Notes under the pieces: generated by a model
What the model was told of the DNA's origin: nothing
Database searches by the model: none
What the model saw: the letters and a program-made list of their open reading frames with translations, nothing else
Shown: in pieces, positions 26,649 to 32,000 of the stretch
How positions within the stretch are numbered: the stretch's first letter is position 1
How the letters are laid out: every line of letters starts with the position of its first letter
Assembly: GCF_030253515.1 (NCBI RefSeq)
Contig: NZ_CP124549.1
Span: forward strand, 690,001 to 722,000
Direction of reading: 5' to 3'
Length of the DNA: 32,000 nt
DNA from: Candidatus Nanosynbacter lyticus
GTDB taxonomy: Bacteria > Patescibacteriota > Saccharimonadia > Saccharimonadales > Saccharimonadaceae
Translations under genes and position numbers: made by a program

Positions 26649-27294
26649 ATGCACAAGACAACCATCCTCTGCTTTGGTGATTCCAACACCTTTGGGCAGC
26701 GGCCCGATACGAACGCGCGATATGACGAGTCAGTGCGCTGGCCACGGCGACTGGGGGCGCTGCTAGCGGATGAGACACGCCAATATTATGTCATTGAGGA
26801 GGGGCTGGGCGGTCGGCCGGACTGACCTTGATCATCCTAACCCAGCCAAGCCGTCGAGAAATGGCTGGATGTACTTTCCGCCGTGCCTGGCCAGTCATCA
26901 GCCCGACATCGCCATCATCATGCTGGGAACAAACGATGCCCAGATTTGCCACCAGCGACCAGTTGAGGCGATCGTGACGGCACTGGCGCGCTACGTCACG
27001 TATTGTCACGAATCAGACGTCACACCGCTGCTGGTTGCGCCGCTCATTCCAGACCCTACTGGGCTGTTCAACGAGGCAATCGTACCGCGATCGGCGTGGC
27101 ACTTTGATGATACAGCCGTGGCGACACTAACTGCACTGCCTGAAAAAATCCGAACTTATGCCGCCAAGCATGGTGTTGCGTTTTTCGACGCCAACACATA
27201 TGCCGAGGCCGGTGTAGACGGGTTGCACTGGACAGCAGCAGGTCACGAGCGATTTGCCCGAGCAATCGCCCAGATGATACACGAAATAGCATAG
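26649..27294 (+). pseudogene. SGNH/GDSL hydrolase, interrupted by a +1 frameshift near 26815-26825
   Basis: Block I ILCFGDSNTFG and block II EEGLGGR are in frame 1, which stops at 26823-26825. Block III IIMLGTNDA and block V DGLHWT continue in the next frame (ORF 26770-27294). Removing one base from ggtcggccgg joins them. Confidence 0.7.
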
Positions 27295-27299
27295 AATAC

Positions 27300-27620
27300 T
27301 CAAACGTCAGTTAGTTTGATGTCTTCGATTTCGCTGGGCCCCAACCAATAAACTCGATCACCAACCTCAAAAATAGGTGTCGCCGCAGTCTCCAGTGCTG
27401 AGGAAATTTGTTTCTCTGTTAACCCCTTAAAGGCTGGGTTTTTGAAAAAATCAGCTTTTTCCATACCGGCATCACTGGCACGACGTAGAATATACTCTGC
27501 CACTTTGCTAATAATTTTAGCCTCTTCCGGCGAAACTCTAACCTCTCGTAGAGCATCCCATTCCTCACGTCCCTGAGGCGGTAATTCCTTCCTTGGTGTA
27601 GTTAGTGGTATCTCGCTCAT
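27300..27620 (-). CDS. Hypothetical protein (106 aa)
   Basis: ORF with a gaggagga SD upstream of the Met at 27620 (MSEIPLTTPRKE...). No recognisable motif. Confidence 0.5.
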   Translation of the reverse strand: MSEIPLTTPRKELPPQGREEWDALREVRVSPEEAKIISKVAEYILRRASDAGMEKADFFKNPAFKGLTEKQISSALETAATPIFEVGDRVYWLGPSEIEDIKLTDV

Positions 27621-27760
27621 AGCTATCTGTATCCTCCTCAATATTATTTTCACAAGTATATCATCCTATCGTCAACTCTTGCAACAAGGAGGGTAATATG
27701 TTCCTCACACACTACATTAAAATACCGCGGCCCATACAGACCGCGGATAAAAAACAGTTC

Positions 27761-27837
27761 TGGTAGCACCGGGTGGACCCGAACCACCGACCTCAGGCTT
27801 ATGAGTCCTGCGCTCTAACCAGCTGAGCTACGGTGCC
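27761..27837 (-). tRNA. tRNA with CAT anticodon (elongator Met or lysidine-modified Ile2; not distinguishable by eye), CCA encoded
   Basis: The reverse complement GGCACCGTAGCTCAGCTGGTTAGAGCGCAGGACTCATAAGCCTGAGGTCGGTGGTTCGGGTCCACCCGGTGCTACCA folds as a cloverleaf with D stem GCTC/GAGC, T stem GGTGG/CCACC and anticodon loop CTCATAA. TGgTACAAT (27849-27857) lies just upstream. Confidence 0.85.
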
Positions 27838-27954
27838 ACACGTCACCAATTGTACCAAACGAGGCGCAAAATCTCAACCGCCTCGAGAACCTACTCATCA
27901 GGCGGGGCCTCAACTGCTCATCAAATAAGGCCAGGCAAGTTTCGCCCCCGGCGA

Positions 27955-28113
27955 CTAGGCCACCAGCTCCACGCCTTCTTCGTCCAGCAGTTCCAGTCGC
28001 CGCATCACCAACGAACGTAGCTCCTCGCACGTCCGCCGGCGCTGCCATGTCCGCAGCTGGTCGTTATTGACCGCGTCTAAAAATTGCCCAAGCTCGTGCT
28101 CAGTGATATCCAT
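27955..28113 (-). CDS. Candidate small protein (52 aa)
   Basis: Translated by hand: MDITEHELGQFLDAVNNDQLRTWQRRRTCEELRSLVMRRLELLDEEGVELVA. A weak agaaagg SD lies upstream. Below the ORF-track cut-off, with no homology I can name. Confidence 0.3.
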   Translation of the reverse strand: MDITEHELGQFLDAVNNDQLRTWQRRRTCEELRSLVMRRLELLDEEGVELVA

Positions 28114-28277
28114 ATTGTCGCCTTTCTGTGTTTGTTAAACCGTGGCTTTACTATAGCACAGATTTGACATAAGTGCAATAGTATGACAGCTCACACAATC
28201 ACTCGCTCGACATCACCTATCGTCTTCCCTCGGCAAACCGCTTGTGATAAACTGGAGGGAGAGGATTTTACACAAAC

Positions 28278-29009
28278 ATGACCCCGGCTATCATTTCATC
28301 ACTCGCCATCGTCGCCTTCTCGGCACTGATCCACGCTAGTTTTCAGCTCAGCGTCAGCGTCTTGACCTTGCTCAGTGGCCATTCCCTCGGCAAGCAAACC
28401 GCCCGCCGGAAAGTGTTGCGACTGATGAATGGGTTTGTGTGTGGAGTGTTCGTATTGACCGTGCTCTTGGTATCAGCGATCGTCTACTATCTGTCGCTGG
28501 TCATTCATCACGCTGCTCAGGTCGAGCAACTCATCGCGGCCATCATCTGCGGACTGATGATTGGGCTGGGCGTGGCGACTTGGGCGGTGTACTACCGGCG
28601 GGGTGAGGGCACAGCCTTGTGGCTGCCGCGCAGCTTCGCGACCTACCTATCAAAGCGCTCAAAAGCGACGCGTCACAGCGCCGAGGCCTTTAGCCTCGGG
28701 ATGGCGAGCGTAGTGGCCGAATTACTGTTCATCATCGGGCCAATGGCGGCGGCGGGGCTGGCGACGATCCTACTACCATCAACCGAGTGGCGGCTCATCG
28801 CCATTGCCCTTTACGTCGTCATATCACTGCTATCACTGGTCGTCGTCTTAGTGTTGGTCGGCAGCGGCCATTCCCTCGCCCATCTGCAACAGTGGCGGAT
28901 GGCGCATAAACGTTTCTTGCAATTCGCAGCCGGCGGCAGCTTGATTATCTTGGGTGGCTTTTTGTTCGTTGATCGAGTGCTCGGCATCGTCAGCTACGGG
29001 GGTTTTTAA
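28278..29009 (+). CDS. Polytopic membrane protein (243 aa), unknown function
   Basis: About 6 hydrophobic helices. The stop overlaps the ATG of the downstream ATP-cone ORF (TAATG). Confidence 0.6.
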   Translation: MTPAIISSLAIVAFSALIHASFQLSVSVLTLLSGHSLGKQTARRKVLRLMNGFVCGVFVLTVLLVSAIVYYLSLVIHHAAQVEQLIAAIICGLMIGLGVATWAVYYRRGEGTALWLPRSFATYLSKRSKATRHSAEAFSLGMASVVAELLFIIGPMAAAGLATILLPSTEWRLIAIALYVVISLLSLVVVLVLVGSGHSLAHLQQWRMAHKRFLQFAAGGSLIILGGFLFVDRVLGIVSYGGF

Positions 29010-29308
29010 TGTCAAGCAAGCATGCAAACCGACCAGCTATCGATGTTGTCAAGCGTGGTAAACGACCGAGCGAAGAGTTTGATCCGACAAAACTCCACCA
29101 CTCTATCATGGCGACCTGCCTGAGTATCCGCACACCCGAAGGCCAAGCCGATGACATCGCCAAGTCAGTCACCCTCGGCGTGATGAGTTGGTGCGAGACC
29201 CGACCAGAAATTACCACAAACGACATCCGACACCGCGCGGCGCAGCTACTGCAGAAACTACACACCGACGCAGCATTTGTTTATCAACACCATAAGACGA
29301 TCATGTAG
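29009..29308 (+). CDS. Stand-alone ATP-cone domain protein (99 aa)
   Basis: IDVVKRGKRPSEEFDPTKLHHSI ... EITTNDIRHRAAQLLQKLHTDAAFVY matches the ATP-cone pattern (VxKRdGrxExFdxxKlxxSi ... yxxy) known from NrdR and class I/III RNRs. Confidence 0.7.
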   Translation: MSSKHANRPAIDVVKRGKRPSEEFDPTKLHHSIMATCLSIRTPEGQADDIAKSVTLGVMSWCETRPEITTNDIRHRAAQLLQKLHTDAAFVYQHHKTIM

Positions 29309-29315
29309 GGGGCAC

Positions 29316-30695
29316 ATGGCACAAAAACCAACTTTTGACTATGATGTAATTGTTATCGGCAGCGGCGCTGGCGGTTCACCAGCCGCAACTGTCTTGGCGC
29401 GCGCTGGCAAGAAAGTCGCCATCATTGAGCGCGGTACCTTTGGCGGCGAATCCCCAAACTGGGGCGACATTCCGACTGGCGCCCTACTCTATACCGCTGA
29501 CGTCTATCACGAGGCCAAAACAGCGGCCAAGTTCGGCCTGCGCACCAGCACAGTTGGCTATAATTATCCGTCGCTGCTCGCCTGGAAAGACACCGCCATC
29601 AAGCGCACCGGCACCGGCGGCAACCGCAGTTACTACGAAAAACAAGGCATCAGCGTCTTTACCGGCAGCGCCCACTTTCTCAGTCCCAACGAGATCACCG
29701 TCAATCGCCGCCACTTATCAGCGCGCAAATTCCTGATCGCTAGCGGCTCAACCTGGCGCGATGATCACATCCCGGGCCTCGACGAAGTGGCCCATCACAC
29801 GCCGCAAACCATCCTCTCGCTCAAACGCCCGCCCAAAACACTGTTCGTTGTCGGCTCTGGCACGACAGCGATGGAGCTGGCGTATTTGTTCTCGACCTTT
29901 GGCAGCAAGGTATATGTCGCTGAGACCGCTGGGCGTATCTTGCCTGAGTTTGACCAAGAAGTTGGCGAGCTGATCGCCGCTGATGCCAAGGCACAACGTG
30001 GCATGAACATCCTCACTCAGACAAAGCTGGTCGCTGTCCAGAAAGACGGCATCGCAAAGCGCGTCACCTACGCTCGTGGCGGCCAGCAGCATTCAGTGCG
30101 TGTTGATGAAATCCTCATCGCCGACGACCGCCTACCGACGACCGACATTGGCCTAGAAAATGCGGGCGTGGCATATACCGAACATGGCATTCAAGTCAGC
30201 GAAGCGATGCAAACTTCGGCGCGACACATCTTTGCGGCCGGTAGTGTCGTCGACCTTCAGGCGCAGACACACACCATCCTCAGCCATAGCCGCACCGCTG
30301 CACACAACCTGTTACACCGTAATTTTATTGCACTTGACGATACGCCGCGCTTGACGATCGCTTTCACCGACCCGCAGATAGCCCGGACGGGACTGGACGA
30401 GGACGACTGTCTGCGCCGCGATTTGAAAGTAAGTATTGCCCTTGCGCCACTGACCTTGACCGCTCGCAGCAACATCACCGACCGACGCAGTGGGTTCGTC
30501 AAATTGATCAGCGACAAAAAAGGCGTCCTGCTCGGCGCCACCATCGTTGCACCGGGCGCTAGCGACTTGATGACCGGCCTCAGCCTCGCCATCCGCCACG
30601 GCCTGACCGCCAAACAACTGATGAGCACACCAAACTGCTTCGTTGCCTGGTCAGAGGCCGTGCGCATTGCGGCGGGGAAATTGGCAGCTGATTAG
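29316..30695 (+). CDS. Dihydrolipoyl dehydrogenase/glutathione reductase-family flavoprotein lacking the redox-active cysteine pair
   Basis: FAD site DVIVIGSGAGGSPAA and NAD(P) site VVGSGTTAMELAYLF are present. Where the family has GGxCLNxGCIPSKALL this protein has GGESPNWGDIPTGALL. Start taken at MAQKPTFDYD (29316). Confidence 0.75.
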   Translation: MAQKPTFDYDVIVIGSGAGGSPAATVLARAGKKVAIIERGTFGGESPNWGDIPTGALLYTADVYHEAKTAAKFGLRTSTVGYNYPSLLAWKDTAIKRTGTGGNRSYYEKQGISVFTGSAHFLSPNEITVNRRHLSARKFLIASGSTWRDDHIPGLDEVAHHTPQTILSLKRPPKTLFVVGSGTTAMELAYLFSTFGSKVYVAETAGRILPEFDQEVGELIAADAKAQRGMNILTQTKLVAVQKDGIAKRVTYARGGQQHSVRVDEILIADDRLPTTDIGLENAGVAYTEHGIQVSEAMQTSARHIFAAGSVVDLQAQTHTILSHSRTAAHNLLHRNFIALDDTPRLTIAFTDPQIARTGLDEDDCLRRDLKVSIALAPLTLTARSNITDRRSGFVKLISDKKGVLLGATIVAPGASDLMTGLSLAIRHGLTAKQLMSTPNCFVAWSEAVRIAAGKLAAD

Positions 30696-30735
30696 GCGCT
30701 CCCGAGATTTTACGTTTCCATGAAACTTCTGATGG

Positions 30736-31143
30736 CTACCGCTCGCCATCATTACGACGTGCCTCAAGCGCATCATGGAGACCGCTAAGTATCCAGTGCA
30801 TTCTGGCAACCATAAATTCGCCGTCCTTACCGCGCATGCCATCTCGCAGTTTCTTTTCGGGAGTATCTTGTGACCAAAACCTTGTTTCTGGCGGAATTGC
30901 TAACGGTTGTTTCAGGTCTAGCAGCGAGTCATCCCGCATATCGGGCGGGGTGTGCTGTTCGACCGCCTCTCTTGCTAGTTCCTCAAGCTCCTTTGCACAC
31001 GTGCACCACTGACCGCCCCCCCTACATACTGCATCTCGTGTGTTTTCTTTTGAGCCCATCTCTCTATTCGTCTTATCCTCCGACTGGTGGTCTACTGGCA
31101 ACTTATCGGTAGGTTGAGACGCTGGATTAAAGTGCTCTGTCAT
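30736..31143 (-). CDS. Hypothetical protein (135 aa)
   Basis: ORF with TGtTATATT (31152-31160) 8 nt upstream of the ATG. It contains CRGGGQWCTC but no motif I recognise. Confidence 0.45.
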   Translation of the reverse strand: MTEHFNPASQPTDKLPVDHQSEDKTNREMGSKENTRDAVCRGGGQWCTCAKELEELAREAVEQHTPPDMRDDSLLDLKQPLAIPPETRFWSQDTPEKKLRDGMRGKDGEFMVARMHWILSGLHDALEARRNDGER

Positions 31144-31225
31144 AATGCCCTAATATAACACGGCCAGATCAAAAAGGCTAGACGTAGGCTACCGCAGCCA
31201 ATTTACACCACGACTTCACATGTAT

Positions 31226-31255
31226 CAAAAACAAAAACGACCTCAACTCATGAGG
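31226..31255 (-). terminator. Rho-independent terminator downstream of tRNA-fMet
   Basis: Minus strand: the 5-bp stem CCTCA/TGAGG (31241-31255) is followed by CGTTTTTGTTTTTG (31226-31240). Confidence 0.5.
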
Positions 31256-31273
31256 CCGAAAAATCAATAAACA

Positions 31274-31350
31274 TGGTTGCGGGGGTAGGATTTGAACCTA
31301 CGACCTTTTGGTTATGAGCCAAACGAGCTACCAGGCTGCTCTACCCCGCG
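31274..31350 (-). tRNA. Initiator tRNA-fMet (CAT), CCA encoded
   Basis: The reverse complement CGCGGGGTAGAGCAGCCTGGTAGCTCGTTTGGCTCATAACCAAAAGGTCGTAGGTTCAAATCCTACCCCCGCAACCA is almost colinear with E. coli tRNA-fMet. It keeps the C1xA72 mismatch diagnostic of bacterial initiators. Confidence 0.9.
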
Positions 31351-31378
31351 GCACATTGTCCATCTTAGCAAACACGAA

Positions 31379-31819
31379 TTATTTTTGCAAGTTCTGACTC
31401 GTTCGCCGCGCACCAAAGAGGAAATTAATCCACTGCTGGAAGTTACTGGTCGGTTGCTTTTGCGGCGTATTATGGGCAGTCGGTTGCTGCTTGGCCGCGT
31501 CGGTTGACGGCACGATCAGCAGCTTTTCGCCAGGCGAGCCACGGCCCAGGCGCTGGCGCACTGCGAGATCGAGGTATTCGTCACTTTCATAATATTTTGA
31601 CTCGTATGCTAGCAGCTCGGTACGCAATTTCTCGACCGTCAGCTGGTACTTTTTTTGATCGACCATCTGTTGCAGTTCATAATTGCGCTGCATCGACTCG
31701 ATCGACCCCCACGCCCAACTCAGCGCGATCAGCGCCGCCGCCGCAACCACAACATTATTCAGCGTCAAATAATCGTGACGCACGTGGTACCAAAATCGTT
31801 TGAGTTTCAGCATGTTCAT
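31379..31819 (-). CDS. Septum formation initiator family protein (FtsB/DivIC-like)
   Basis: One N-terminal TM helix (LNNVVVAAAALIALSWAWG), a coiled-coil segment, and the conserved EYLDLAVRQRLGRGSPGEKLLIV motif. Confidence 0.65.
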   Translation of the reverse strand: MNMLKLKRFWYHVRHDYLTLNNVVVAAAALIALSWAWGSIESMQRNYELQQMVDQKKYQLTVEKLRTELLAYESKYYESDEYLDLAVRQRLGRGSPGEKLLIVPSTDAAKQQPTAHNTPQKQPTSNFQQWINFLFGARRTSQNLQK

Positions 31820-31871
31820 GTTGGTTTTATCAGAAGTTATGGCTATATTATGAGGGGTTGGGTGGGGTTAG

Positions 31872-32000
31872 TCAAGATGAGTGGTCGTTCAGACGATTTT
31901 TACGATATGTTTCCCATAGCCTATCGTCGATAGTGGGTAAATTCCAGTCATCGCCAATACGCTCCCGTTCGCCAAGATCCCATGCGGGAGAGAATTTATT
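31872..32000 (-). CDS. 3' end of an unidentified CDS entering from the right edge
   Basis: The minus-strand frame is open from 32000 to the TGA at 31872-31874 (…NKFSPAWDLGERERIGDDWNLPTIDDRLWETYRKNRLNDHSS). Not in the ORF track because there is no start codon inside the window. Confidence 0.35.
   Translation of the reverse strand, partial: NKFSPAWDLGERERIGDDWNLPTIDDRLWETYRKNRLNDHSS

Noticed and set aside
27698-27766. 22-aa plus-strand ORF (MFLTHYIKIPRPIQTADKKQFW) behind a perfect AAGGAGG SD.
   Set aside because: It runs into the 3' end of the tRNA gene on the opposite strand and includes the CCGCGG...CCGCGG hairpin. The AGGAGG may be coincidental. Too short to support without conservation data.
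27815-28048. 77-aa minus-strand ORF (MAAPADVRGATFVGD...).
   Set aside because: Its 3' end overlaps the tRNA gene at 27761-27837, and its composition is Ala/Gly/Arg-rich. A different frame holds the more plausible 52-aa ORF.
1-32000. CRISPR arrays, rRNA genes, tmRNA, RNase P RNA, SRP RNA, riboswitches, retron or DGR reverse transcriptases.
   Set aside because: Reading by eye, I saw no regularly spaced short repeats, no rRNA-like segments, no reverse-transcriptase motifs and no recognisable conserved ncRNA cores. A covariance-model scan would be needed to exclude small ncRNAs.

Overview
The window is a tightly packed, mostly minus-strand housekeeping region. TGA, TAA and TAG all terminate good ORFs, so the genetic code is standard. 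My guess, by inference only, is a small-genome Gram-positive-like or Patescibacteria-like bacterium.

Gene order, left to right:
- a DUF1704-like peptidase gene that is open at the left edge
- dnaJ, then a CYTH gene and an orphan gene
- a dnaK-grpE-(49-aa ORF)-hrcA heat-shock operon; four CIRCE operators control it and dnaJ
- an LssY_C membrane protein, a guanylate-kinase-like gene and a Pro-rich disordered protein
- overlapping ParB-fold and NT5C-type nucleotidase genes
- lepA and the tilS-ftsH-murJ-lepA operon
- a frameshifted SGNH hydrolase and two CAT-anticodon tRNAs, one of them the initiator
- an operon of a membrane protein, an ATP-cone protein and a cysteine-less flavoprotein
- an ftsB/divIC-like gene

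The main observation is that lepA (EF4) is cut in two at its domain II/III linker by about 8.56 kb of inserted DNA (12671-21234). The insertion looks compound:
- Island B is a 796-bp cassette of host-like GC content. It carries a DUF218/YdcF gene and is bracketed by 69-bp direct repeats of lepA sequence whose only 3 differences are synonymous.
- Island A is an AT-richer 7.69-kb segment bracketed by a 6-bp TATGAC repeat. I recognise no integrase or transposase in it. It carries orphan genes, each with its own strong promoter:
  - a 567-aa protein ending in four tandem 71-aa HTH-like modules
  - 258-aa and 534-aa ORFs that share one reading frame and are separated by a single TAG
  - an Acg-type nitroreductase
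  - a 302-aa orphan
  - a polytopic membrane protein

This orphan module is my best candidate for an undescribed system. Its function cannot be read from the sequence.

Two patterns recur across the window. Many genes have an extended -10 box 6-8 nt from the ATG, which suggests leaderless mRNAs. CIRCE operators sit at a fixed position against those promoters.
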